A stretch of DNA of 64,000 nt from Camelus dromedarius (Eukaryota), in NCBI RefSeq assembly GCF_036321535.1, contig NC_087437.1, forward strand, positions 97,528,001 to 97,592,000, written 5' to 3'. Positions within the stretch are counted from its first letter, which is position 1, and every line of letters starts with the position of its first letter. The notes under the pieces were generated by a model. The model was not told where the DNA came from. It did not search any database and saw only the letters and a program-made list of their open reading frames with translations. A program made the translations under genes and the position numbers. Shown here in pieces: positions 39,651 to 52,547 of this stretch.

Positions 39651-42600
39651 TTTAGCTTTTATTTTCCCTCTTTCCCTGGTATATTATTTTTAGTAATAGA
39701 AAAAGTGAGCATGTATTGAGAATCATTGCCTTCCGGGATATATTCAAGTACTGAAAGGCACTCAGGTAAAACTGAGATCCTAGTAGGCACAGATCAATAT
39801 CTTGGTGTTTTATTTCACTTTTTACTAATTTTCAATATGGCCCACAGCAGGTGAGTCTGCATATTCTAGTTTATTGTTTTTCTAGAAAATTGACATAATG
39901 CCAATAATAATCAAACTAATCCATTAAATATGTTCAGTGAGCAGTCTTCCTCTTTAAGCCAACATAGAGCCATAATTCTTTCCCCAAATTTCTTATTTAA
40001 AGTATCTCTACCCAAAAGGCAGATTTCATATAAATGTCTGATGTTGGAAAATGCCAAATATTTTTCTTGTTATATTAATACCCCAGCTAGGCACAAATAT
40101 GTTGAAATATACTATAGTTTTCATGCTAAATCTCCACATATTGTTCACGAATAGATTCAGTATTTTAGTACAAAGATTTTAAATGTCAAGTCCAATTGAG
40201 TTCTGACATCACATGTCTCTAGTGAGTCTTACTGCAGGATAGAGTTGTTCATCTAAAAAGCACAGTCTGTCCTAAGCAGATGCATGCCATAAAAAAAAAA
40301 AAATCAAAACACGAATTTCCCTCTTTTAATTCTTTCATAGTATAATGTGTGAATTTATGTTTATTGCAGTAATCAGCCAATCTAATAAAATGAGGGATAT
40401 TTTTATTATTACAATAGTTAAAAATGAGCAGCTTTGCTCATTTTTAGGTAACCACTACTGGCTATTCTCATGTTTTATTTGAACTACATGGTGTATTTAC
40501 CAGCTCTGTGATCTTGGGAAGATCACCAACTGCAAGGCGTTATTCCACCATCTTTGCTGCCAATCTATCCAGTTAAAAGGAAAAATAAGATCATGTATCT
40601 GAAACTCCTATAAAAACTGGAAGTGAGATGAAAGTGGATTTTTAGGCCTGAAAAGACAAAATTTTTTGTGAGCATTAATAGTGCAACCTTGAGACACTGA
40701 TTAAGAGTGGCTTGTTTTAGTTGGAAGCCATCTTCTAGATCTTACAGGTTGCATGCAATTTGGAAACGTCTTCGATAAAAACTGCTGCCGAACTTGTCAC
40801 CTAGTTTTCTTCCAATGCACAGAACTAGGAGCCTTTCGACAAATGGATTGTGCACACCATCTGTCCATTTTTGTGTTGCATAGTAAATTTTGTACTAAAA
40901 ATGTCTTTTTCTTCCCACTCCAGAACACAAGGAATTTGCTATCTTTCATTTGATATGGTTTAATTTAGTCTTTAAATTGTTAATGACTAGAGTTGTGTAA
41001 AATGTGGTCATACACAATCTATAATTTAAAAATCGCAAATATCTGTCACTCTATTAATGAGGGACTGCAAATAATTCTGAGGTAGAAATTCAACCTTATT
41101 TTTGGAAATCTGGTGTTTGTTCTACTTGCAGCTTCATCTAAGAGTGTAACACAAGTGCAAACTCTAAAATTTCGTTAGGTATCTTTTAAATAAATAGGAT
41201 GTGTAAACATATACATATTTTATATGATTTTTTGCATACAAATGCATATAAGTTCCCTTAAATCTTTAAAAGCTAAAATATTCTGGAAAGGTATATTATA
41301 TGTACCGATTTGTAATTTGGTCAACAGGAAAAATGTAAATCTGAAAGTAATCGTGAAACAGCTTAGGATAAAGATAGCATTACATAATTTTTTCCTTATC
41401 TAATATAAATATGTAAGGCCACGGAAAAGGAAGCCCAAAACTGGAATATAACATATGAAGAGGCTATGAGTACACAGGGCAATAAAATGCATGAGGACAC
41501 AGATTGATATTAGCTAGAGTTAAGTACCTACCACATGCCAGTTGCCCTGTATCTATCATTTAAATGTGAACTAGATATTCTTTTCAATGGAAGAAATTAG
41601 AGATTAGAGAAGTTATATAATTTCTTAAAATAATACTACCTGGTTTTCTTTTTGTTTCTTTAGGAATTTAAGCATTTATTTACTTATTGATTGCTTATAC
41701 AAAAATATTATCATTTAATAAATCACATCCTCCAGGCACAAATCTCATGACCCATGACCTCAGAACAAAATCAAATATACCCAATATCAGTAAAATGCAC
41801 TGCATGCAGTAGGTCATCAATAAATGCTTACTGAATTAATTAAAAACTAATTTGAATAAATTGACTGTCAAATATTTATATACATTTTTATCTTATCAAG
41901 TTTTATTGTTCATGAGTCAAAGAAGATTTGAATATTATAAAGTTGTTTCTCTTGGAGAGGTGATATATAAAATATTATGTGATAAAGCACATCTTAATAT
42001 ATTTGAGACTATGGTTAGAGTTTTTCTTTAAACATTATTTTGACCTTCATAATACAGCTTAATATTTTATCCTGAAAATATAATACAGCTTGTGTTTATG
42101 ATGGTTAAAACATGCCACTTCCTAGAATTATGACAAATAATTTATTACACACAAAAGCTTTACTTTAGAGGTACGGATGTTGGCTATCATCCTAAATTAT
42201 GCCTCCCCAAAAGAGTGGTTCACTACCTCTCGGTCAATCTAGAATAAAATTCTATCTTGATGAATTCAGATTTCTTGTTTGACAAAAATTGTATCACTCC
42301 TAATTAATTAAAATAGACATTAAAGGATCCTGGACAAAACTGCTTTCTCACTGAACAACTAAGCTTTGAGTCAGCACAGCACTGTTTCCTCACAAGAGAA
42401 CTGACAGTGCCTTCCAGCCAAGTCCCTGGGGTAGAGTGCTGAAAGGGGGACATGGAAACAATACTACATTCGTACAAGTAAAATTTCAGTTGAGGAACAT
42501 GATGCCCACACATTTGTTACTTTGAGATTCCTCTCAGTTTTCTCTACCTTTGCTCTTAGTTCTCCTAAATTTATTTCTCCCCAGTTGTAAGTTCCCCTCT

Positions 42601-45214
42601 GCTCACCTCCTGTATTTCCCCCTGAACCTATATTTTCTGTGTCTATTCAGAGTCTACCTAATAATTCAGGGCTCTAGGAGATTTTCTACTTTCCAAACAT
42701 TCCCAAGCTCTAGGACGCATTTTAGACCAAATTTATACATAAAAAATACAGGAGTTCAGAAGTTCAAGGTGTGCCATATCTGTTTTATTCTCTGCATATT
42801 TATAGCAAATATTTACTTTGCAAATTTCTCGAAACTATAACTTCAACAACCTACATGTCTTTACTTATAAGATGGCAACTGTAATTAAGTTCATTCCAAC
42901 ACTCTCCTCCAAGTGATTTCATACATTGCTGTGAATTGACAGTGGGATGGTACTTCAACATCTCCCTTTAGCATCTCGATAGGATAAAGATAATCATAAA
43001 CATAAAACTGTGATTTTTAACTGTATTTTTAAAAAGATTTTTGTGAACATACCCACATTCAAGGTGAGCATCTGGTCAACACAGTAAATTGGTTAGGCAG
43101 ATATGTTTAGAAATGGTAGCCAAGCATTTGCAATTTATACCATATGGCTTTCATTCTAGTAGGGCCAACTCATTGTGTTCAGTGACCCTGGGGAAATCAG
43201 GCTCTTTGCAGGTCATGAATGTTAATTTGAAGCTTCTGGGACAGTGATGATAAGTTCATATGAAACCATATGAAACAAAAGCAGTTTATGTCAAGGAAGG
43301 TCATAGCTCTAGTTGAACGGGTAAACCTCCTTCATCAGTGGAGGAGGAATTGTTCATTTGGAGCCTGTGCTCTGGTTTGGGGATAAAGAGACAGGAAGTG
43401 CTACCACCACTGCTACATTTACAGAGCAGGCCATACTGTACTTTCAAGTCCGCTCAGTTCCTTTCTTAAACAGCCCACTGGTCCTCATCATAATTATAAA
43501 ATCCAAATCCCCTTCCATGGCCTCCTTGTTTGACTTCACCTGGTACCTCTCTCCTTGGGACTCACTCAATCCCACATGCTAGATTTCTAAGGTGATATTT
43601 TATTAATTCTTAAAGATACCTTTATAGAAATTTTTTCCCCAAATCTACAGGTGTCTACATTTGTTTGGCTCAAAAACACAATCTCAATGCATTTTCAAAA
43701 TTTCTTGAATATCAATGAAAAATTACAACATAGGATAATTTATTAATCACTGACAAGCAAAAGAAAAATGCAAACTAAAGCTTCTTTTCAGCAAGTAAGT
43801 GGACCAATTTTCAATAAAGAACTCAAGTAAAAAGCTAATATATCTCATTAAAAAATAACTACAGTGCAGAGTCAAAGATTAAAATGTTGGAATTAACTTT
43901 TCTTATTTTGTGCCAACTTTTAAAGAAATATTCATGAACTCTTCTGGAATACAAAAGCTTCAAAAACCAGCATTCTTATGCACTTTCATTTTCTAAAATT
44001 ATATATATATATGAAAGTCTTAAAAATATTGTCTATAAGTAGAAATCAGAAAAACCATATGAAATTAAGTTGTCTATTTTATGCCTAGGAGTTCCCATCC
44101 TCATTTTCTAAAAGAAGCAGAAATTCAAGCAGTTCAAGAACTATTCTCTTAATGTTTCACTAATTTCTTTGGCTATTTAGAAAATTTTTAAAAAAGGAGT
44201 AAGACAGTTTTATGTTAGACATGAGTAGAGGGATGTTTCAGGGCAGTAACAAATCTGTGATCGGCATCTGGGTAAGAAGCAAAATGCCTTCTGTCAAGTG
44301 AGAAGAAAATGGTAAACCATAACATCCTAGAGAACTGGGAACCAAGTATTCAACTTCCTGAATTAAATTGCTTTTCTTTCTCATTCCAAGCTAACAGAAA
44401 TATCACAATGTGCCCAGCCCCCCAGAGTGAAGGATGAAAGACAAAATGAGAGTACCTGAAAGTATGGGCGACAACTCAGCGTCTTAGCTTGATGTGGAAG
44501 AAAACAAGTTTGGTAGCTTTCTGAAGTAAATGTAACTGGAAATATATTATCTTACATGCTAGCAAGTAAAACAGAAAGAAAATTCCAATTTCTTAGCATA
44601 GTATTTAATGTGATTTGAAATGTGTCATCTTAAGCATAAACCAGAAATTGACAACCTAAAGGAACTCTTGAAACTTTTATGTTCAGGTTATTTTGCTGCT
44701 CCCAATTCCTGTTGTATTTGCCCTCACAGAAAGACTTTGAATCTGCAAGACATCACAGAAAAAAGAAATTACTTTTCCTTTTTACATTAAGCTTGACATT
44801 GTGTTTGGTGAAAGTAAGTGTTGATGGCTCTTTTAGAACTAAGTAAGCCTTTGGAGTGTACACCAAACTATATAATGAGAAGTAAAATCATCTCATCCAC
44901 AAAGCTGTGCTTGTCTGTAAACATACAATTCTTTATTAAAAAGAAAAGCATAAATTAGGCTAGTATGAATAGAAATTAGTAATAACCAGAAATGTAATTA
45001 GCAGCAATTTTTAAACTTGTTGAACATTGTGCTATCTTTTTAATTCCCTCTAATTTTCCTAACTAATTGTATTATTATGACTTTTTAAGGTGTTCTTACA
45101 AATTAAAATGAAAATCAAGAAAGACATTTGTACAGGTTTTTTGAGAGAGCATTATTATCTAATAGGCATTATATATATTTCCTTTAACATCTCTTTTTCT
45201 TTTGAGTTAAATTA

Positions 45215-45444
45215 CAGTTGACCCTTGAACAATGCAGGGGGCTTAGAGGTTCTGAACATCCACACAGTTGCAAATCCATGAATAATTTATAGTGGTCCTC
45301 CATATATATAGTTTTTTTTCATATTTGTGGTTATGCAACTGTGACTCAACCGTATTAAATAAATATGGTAGTATTTATTTTTGAAAAAAATCCACATATA
45401 AGTGGACTGCAGAGTTCAAACCCATGTTGTTAAAGGGTCAGCTG
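45215..45444. mobile_element. MER8-like Tigger (TcMar) MITE
   Basis: TIRs cagttgacccttgaacaa..ttgttaaagggtcagctg with TA dinucleotides on both sides (45213-14, 45445-46). Confidence 0.9.
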
Positions 45445-45550
45445 TACTTCAAGTTTTTAAAAAATATGAAACACAGGTCCTGTTTGAAGTAATCATTTTC
45501 ATTTTTAGGTATTCATAGAGTATCCTCATTTATCTATGATACCATACACT

Positions 45551-46137
45551 ATTTTTTAAATTGAAGTATAGTCAGTTACAATGTGTCAGTCTCTGCTGTA
45601 CAGCATAATGTCCTAGTCATGCATATACATATATATATTCGTTTTCATATTCTTTTTCATTAAAGGTTATTACAAAACATTGACTATTGTTCTCTGTGCT
45701 GCATAGAAGAAATTTGTTTTTTATCTATTTTTTTATATAGTGGTTAACATTTGCAAAACTCAAGCACCTAAATTTATCTCCTCCTATCCCCTTTCCCCGG
45801 TAGCCATAAGATTGTTTACTAAATCTGCAAGTCTGTTTTTGTTTTGTAGATAAGTTCATCAGCGTCCTCTTTTTTCTCTTTTTTTTTTTTCAGGTTCCAT
45901 ATATGAGTGATATCATAAGGTATTTTTATTTCTCTTTCTGGCTTATTTCACTTAGAATGATAATTTCCAGGTCCATCCAAGTTGCTGCAAATGGCATTGC
46001 TTTATTATTTGTTACGGCTGAGTAATATTCCATTGTAAAAATATACCACATCTTCTTTATCCAGTCATCTGTCGATGGACATTTAGGTTGTTTCCATGTC
46101 TTGGCTATTGTATATAGTGCTGCTATGAACACTGGTA
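45551..46137 (-). mobile_element. 5'-truncated camelid-type L1 (ORF2 end and 3'UTR) with TSD
   Basis: ORF 45926-46132(-) is the L1 ORF2 C-terminus (MFIAALYTIAKTWKQPKCPSTDDWIKKMWYI..). TSD tatgataccatacact (45535-45550) versus tacgataccatatatt (46138-46153), 13/16 identical. Confidence 0.93.
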
Positions 46138-47078
46138 TACGATACCATATATTTGTCTTACTTTGCTCTAATTACCTCTGATGTCAGAGGCAACAGCAAC
46201 ATATTTAGAAGTGGCATCATTTACTTCTGGCTTTCTTTTTTTGCCTTTTAATTTCCAGATACATGGAAAAGAATTTTAAGATCATCTCTGTGGAAATACT
46301 GCTTTTTACCTATTTTAAAATATAACTAAGTCCCATTTAAGTATGATTTGGATAAGCAGTTATTTTGAAACAAAACTTTTATGGAAGGAAAAAATGTATT
46401 TTATAATAGATTAATGAGGATCCCCTATGAGTAATTAAAAATAAATATGTTTACTTCAAATGAGATCTGTGATTCATATTTTTAAAAATCTTAAATAATT
46501 GATCTCTTAAGACAAATAAAGAAAAATGACAATCTCTGAAAAATAATAGTATTTTTATACTATAAGATAACCTCATTTATATAATACTTTTTTTAAAATT
46601 CCACAATACCACAGTTAATGACAATGAATAACAAAAATGCACTTAATAACAATGGATAAAATAACAAATCAATGCTGATAAAAATGTTGTGCAAAACTCA
46701 TATCCATGGTTTTTTAAACACTTTGTGTATTAGAATAATTATCTGAATAATGTCAATTATCAAAATATCTCACCACCAGCACTTTGTTTCTGTAAAAACT
46801 GTTAATTCCCAGCATTCATATAATGCATCTATAAGCAATTTGTCTTAAACAGAGCATTAATAATTTTTATGTTCTTTTTTCCTATGGATTTTATATCTTT
46901 TATTCAAAATCACTATGATAATTATCTGTGTAAAGCTTAAATTTTCATTTAAATATTTAATTTCTGTCATTTTGATGCAGGAGAGTATGTTTTAAATAAC
47001 ACAAAAATATATTTGAGAAAAGTCAAATACTGAATCAATCTATGTAGTATTAGCAATAGTAAGTCTAAAAGCTAAAAT

Positions 47079-47292
47079 AGCAGCAATTATCATAAATGAG
47101 CACCTACTATGTTCTAAGCACTAAGCTAGATTTCTAGACACTTTAATATCAATAGCCATTCTTTAAGGTGTGAGTTACAGTATCTACTTTATATACGTGA
47201 AAATTTAGACTTTGAAAAGTAAGTAATTTGTCAAATTCACAAAGTTAATGCAATATCTATCTAGAATTTGAACTTGAAACTTGATTTGTCTG
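47079..47292 (-). mobile_element. MIR SINE
   Basis: tgagcacctactatgttctaagcact..aagtaatttgtcaaattcacaaagt..agaatttgaac. Confidence 0.7.
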
Positions 47293-47347
47293 CAGAAAAT
47301 AAAGGGTAGGTGAACAGCTAGGTGAATCTACTGATCAATAAATAAAT

Positions 47348-47583
47348 CATAGCAGCTTTCATTTACTGAGCGCTAAGTATATGGATCTTATTCCACTATT
47401 AATATAATTTTGTCAAATATTTTATTTCCATTTTATAAATGAGGAAATTAAGGGTAAAAAATGCAAAACATATATCATTGCTTCCTACGTAACAAAGTTA
47501 TAACAAGAGGGTCTAGAATTTGAACCAATATTAGACTATCCAGGATTCCTCATTTCAAAGCACTCACCCTTTCCACTATTACA
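47348..47583 (-). mobile_element. MIR SINE (second, adjacent copy)
   Basis: catttactgagcgct..tttccattttataaatgaggaaatt..agaatttgaacc..ctttccactattaca. Confidence 0.7.
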
Positions 47584-48604
47584 AACCATATCCTCTTAAA
47601 ATAACAATTTCAAATAAAACCAGTACAAAGTTGAATGTAACCTGAAAATGCAATTTAAGTTATTCAAGAATAAGATAGAAGATTCAGGTCAAAGAAAATA
47701 AAATATTCCTGAAATGACAAATAGTGAATGACCAAATATTACTCCAGTAGATATATTATTTAAATGCTGAAAAAATTAACAACAACAAAAATACAAAAAA
47801 CAGTGAAAAAATAAGCATATCTGGTCATGTAAATTTTTTTTCTCACTATTTTCAAGTCTGGGATCCTTCTGTTTCCTAACAAAACACATATTTAAATCTT
47901 ACCCAGTGATTTATATCTCCTTAGGTTATGTAAAATATTTTTAAAAAGAAGCATGGGAGCTCCTCTGTTTTTCGGTTGTGCCATCAAATAAAACAATGGC
48001 TTACATACTGTACTGACTAAATTTTCAAAAGCTGCTAAATTTTTAGTTTTTTCTATTAATAGCTATATCGACTATATACATTCAACACTCAAAAAGAGTC
48101 ATCTTGAAAAGTATTGTGTGTCTCATGATTCAATTATCGATCATTTTGCTGCAGATTTAGAAAGACTAGTCTCTGAAGCCTGAATTAGGGGTATCTTTAT
48201 AGAGAGGAAATTTTTGGCTTCCCAAACATCTGCAAAAAGTTTGCAGGTCGAGTCTATTTATGATATGCTTCTTAAAAGGTAGATTGGATTTTAGGCTCTT
48301 TCCAAATTATTTTTTATGGATAATTGTTACATTGAGTTTATGTAATTGCTAATATGAAATAAACAGTTACTCTTGCCTTAAACCCCTCTGTTAGAAAAGT
48401 CCTGTTCCCCACCTAAAACAACAAAAGCAAAGAATTATCAGTTCCTACTGCTACCATCACAAGAACACCAAGCCAGAGAATCTCTGATAATTTCTTCTCT
48501 GAAGGTGCTGATCTGGTTTTATCTGTCATCATGAAGCTGGTCCATCTCTTGATCAGAGAGATTCAGGACTTGTTATGAGATCATTTTATTGTGATAAAAG
48601 TCCA

Positions 48605-49375
48605 ATTTCTAACTGCTATTTATTCAAGCACAATATACATATAATATAATTTTCTTCTTTTCAGTGCTCAGTTTGATGTTTATAGTAACAACCACTTCAG
48701 TGGTTATATAGAACATGTCCATCACCCTAATAAGTTGGCCGTCCCACTTGGTAACCAGTTCTCATCTCAATCCCACCCCTAGTCCCTGGCCACTGCAATC
48801 AGATTCCTCTTTTATAGTTGCGCTTATGATAGAATATCAGATAGGTGGAGATAACACCCTACATTGTCTTGTTTGCTTTCTTTGACTTAATGTAATGATT
48901 TGAAGATTAAAAATAAATTTCTTTAGTTAATGAGTAGTGTTTCATTTGTCTATCCACTTACCAATGGATGGACATCTGGGTGATTTCCACTTTGAGGCTA
49001 TATGAATAAAAGCGCTATAAACGTTTGCAAACAGTTCCTTGTATGAACACATGTTTTCATTTCTTTTGGGTAAATACCTAGGAATAAAATAGCTGAGTCA
49101 TATGATAAGCGTATATTTAAGTTTAAAAGAAACTCCCCTTTTGTTTTCCAAAGCAAATACAACATTGTACATTCCCATCACAATGCATGAGGGTTTAAAT
49201 TTCTTCATATCCTCATAGCAATCTGTCTTCTATAATTTCTTTTGACATTTTAGCCATTCTAGTAGCCATACAGTGGCATCCTATTGTGGTTTTTGTTTGC
49301 ATTTTTCCTAATGATTCAGAATTTTTAAAAAAATATTCAGTACTTATTTACCATTGATATATATTTTTGAGAGGT
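48605..49375 (-). mobile_element. Ancient L1 3' region (L1MB-like)
   Basis: tagaacatgtccatcacc..gatggacatctgggtgatttccactttgaggcta..gttttcatttcttttgggtaaatacctagga..gctgagtcatatg..ttagccattctagt. Confidence 0.85.
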
Positions 49376-49998
49376 CTCATTTTGAGTATTTCTGTCAATA
49401 ATTGACATATCTAAACAACTAGCATGCCTAGTAAATTGTCTTTGTGTAGGGGTTTGACGATTCTCTTGGAAAAATGCATTCAAAATCAGGACTCATGAAT
49501 TATAAGCCTGACTTCATAGTGTAGCCCTATTAAACAGAAAACAATTTTCACTGAAATTTTCCTGAGTCACCAGGGCAGTTATGTCACTACCTGGACACCT
49601 GCCTGGTGTAAACGACAACAGGAAGGAATCAGAAGAGCTCTTTGTACTTTTCCACAGAATGTAAAGTGCTGAGGACACCAGCACATTGAAGTGGCTACGT
49701 CCAAGGGTATTTATTTACCTAGAGAGTTGGTAATTGCCACAATTAAGAGAAGGCAGAGTGTTGAGGGTTATGAGCAGACGTTTAACTGTTGCCTGGTAAT
49801 CACTGCAGGTCTCTAACAGGGGAGGGCTAGTGTGGGAAAGGAGTGGGGAAATGGTGGGCCCATGCAGTGCTCTACAAACCTGCTACTTAATGCTTGAAGT
49901 GCCTCATAAAAATCCCAAGAAATGACAAGATAGGACACTCTATGGAGAACTGGAGGTGCTAGAGTTCCCTGGCTTTTATTTCTTTTGATTAAAATATT

Positions 49999-50078
49999 TG
50001 TATTTAGATTAATCTCCTGGGGCTACCATAACAAAGTACCAAACAAGGCACCTTAAACAACAGAAATGTCTCACAGTT
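49999..50078 (-). mobile_element. MLT1 LTR 3'-end fragment
   Basis: tgtatt..ggggctaccataacaaagtacca..cttaaacaacagaaatgtctcacagtt. Confidence 0.75.
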
Positions 50079-51512
50079 ATCTTAAGAACTTCTTTGATCA
50101 CTACATTCTACCACCTTAAAGGGGCCTTTAATCTGCATATCTGATGACATACTGACATTTGTGACTAAGCTCTAGTGAAAGGCTAGAGAAACAGAGTCAG
50201 TGATGAAAATTAAACTGTTTGAAGCAAATCCCAATTAAAGTTTGAGTCAGAGGAAAATTTACAAAATATCTAACAGTTTAGCAAATGGAGAATCTGAGAT
50301 TAAGAGAATAAGTCACTAGCCTTGCTGGATGTCACATAAATCTTAGAGTCAAACTTTGTATTTTTCACTCCAGGGCTATGTCCTCTTTCTTACACCTATG
50401 TCTTTGATGATCTCTTGCCTCAAAAGTAGAACTTACTAAAGGATAAGGCTGTGCCTTAGTATTTTTATCCTCAAACTTAAACTTATTGCTAGACTTAACT
50501 TTGTTGCTGACAGACTGAAGTCAGAACTGAATTGAAGATATGATGTATATTTTTTGTGCATTCTCGTAAGGGGTGACTTTTTTGACTTAGTTTCTTTAGT
50601 CACTGAAGTCACATTATTCTAGTTGGTATTCACTTCAGTAACTGTAAATTCTCCCAAGTGATCAATATGTGTAAAAGCATTAAGTACCACCTGTTCAAGT
50701 CATTTATCTGTTATATATTGATCCCTAGTACCCTGTGCTTCCAAGGTCTCATGCCATTCCAACTGAAATGATAAGATATTCTTAAATTCACAAGAATCTA
50801 ACCAAAGGTAGGAGAAAGATCTATAAACAGTTATCAAGAATCAGACAGTTAAATGTTACTCCTTCTATGGCTACATAAAATTCATAAAATTAGATTTCTC
50901 TTCTAATCTTTACAATACATGCTACTATATTTTCTACAGCAGCCAATACTTCCTAATGAGATGTATGTATATTAATCTCCTGAAAAATATTAGCTATAAT
51001 CCCCCTTATTTCATGTTATTTATGTTTTATACCTTGTTCCTAAATATATTTTGTTAAGTTTGACATCCATTGCCATGAAGCAATATGTTTATTTTATTTT
51101 TATCGTAACAAACAAGAAGTACATCACCAACTCTCATGTAGGTTTCCTTTTCTCCCTTTAGAAAGCTATGATCTGCCAAGGTTTTAATAGACTGATGTTT
51201 TAACAGAGCTCCTGTAACAACTATTTCATACTAGTTACTTTTTTAATCTACACACTGTGATAATGGTTGGAATATAAGAGGTCAGGAATGTGACTTTTAA
51301 AAGCAACACATATTTCTGAGCAGATGGTCTTCAAAGCAAAGATGATTTTTTAATAGAGAAAATATCTTAATAATTTATATATTTAATTATATTTGATACA
51401 ACACATTTGGAAAATAAAATTATGTATTTTAAAACATTTAAAATGTTCATTCTTACTTGGATGAAGCACCCATGCCCTTCTCCAGGAATATAAACTAGAA
51501 AAAAATTAAATA

Positions 51513-51803
51513 CAGTTGACCTTTGAACAACACAAGTTTGAACTGCACAGGTCCGCTGATATATGGAAGTTTTTCAGTAATTGTACAGTTAGACTTTCAT
51601 ATCTTCAGGTTTTGCAACTATGGATTCAAACAACTGCTGATCAAACTTCAGTCTGCAGTAGGTGAATCCATGGCTGCAAAACCTGTGGCTACGGAGGGCC
51701 GACATTTGTACACCATTTTATAAAAAGGGCGTTAGCATCTGCAGATTGTGATATCTGAGGGGGCTCCTGCAACCAATCCCCTGTGTGTACTAAGGGACAA
51801 CTG
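51513..51803. mobile_element. MER2/MER2B-like Tigger MITE
   Basis: Termini cagttgacctttgaacaacac..aaccaatcccc..agggacaactg with TA on both sides (51511-12, 51804-05). Internal acggagggccgac motif. Confidence 0.85.
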
Positions 51804-52547
51804 TACTATATTCCAGTAGCTATTACAAAGATGCCACAAGTTTAAAGATGTGTGAGGAAAAAAATATAAACTGAAATAAATAGTGAAGACTTTAAAGGGA
51901 GAATAAGCATTAAAAGAGTAAGAAAATCTGGGTTGGCAGAACAAGAAGAAATAAAACAGGCACTTTACACAAGTAGTGAAAGACAGATACAGACTCTGCT
52001 CAAGCCAGGATGCATGCTTTGAGGAAAAAGAGAGAGTCCAATGTAAAGTCCAGACTTTCAACACATAGGCACAGCAGGGTCATTATCTTACTGATTCAGG
52101 AAGACACATGGGGATGGCAGTATTTTAATTTTATCAACCTGAAACTAGAGTACAGATGAAATTGAATGATGAGAGGTAGGAGGGAGGGAGGTTGTGAAGG
52201 ATGCAGGCATGATGACTTGGGCCTGGTGCTATGAGGACCCTGATGGCTGAAGCTGAGGCACTGAGACTGAAAAAATGGTATTTTCAAGTTTCTTTTTTTT
52301 TTTTTTTTCCAGAGACATTTTTAAAGGTATCGTTATACACTGAAGAACTTCCCAGGTTATCACAAGTACCATAGATGTCAAAGGCTGACCTTTGATAGAT
52401 AAGAAATTCATAAAGGGAACAAACTGCCCATTATTGCTGATTTTACACTTGATATGTTCAAACTGTACCAACACTTACTAAGAATATTATTGAAAAAAGT
52501 CATGCAACAGAAATATTAACCAGAAAGTTAAAAATTAGCTGTAATGG

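Noticed and set aside
12462..43270. Scattered 9-14 bp microduplications (12462-12485, 23672-23699, about 23903-23920, about 43257)
   Set aside because: Ordinary replication-slippage events with no shared motif or spacing.
48477..48578. Peptide RISDNFFSEGADLVLSVIMKLVHLLIREIQDLL faintly like beta-tubulin EGAELVDSV
   Set aside because: Only a few residues match and there is no flanking tubulin similarity, so it is most likely coincidence.
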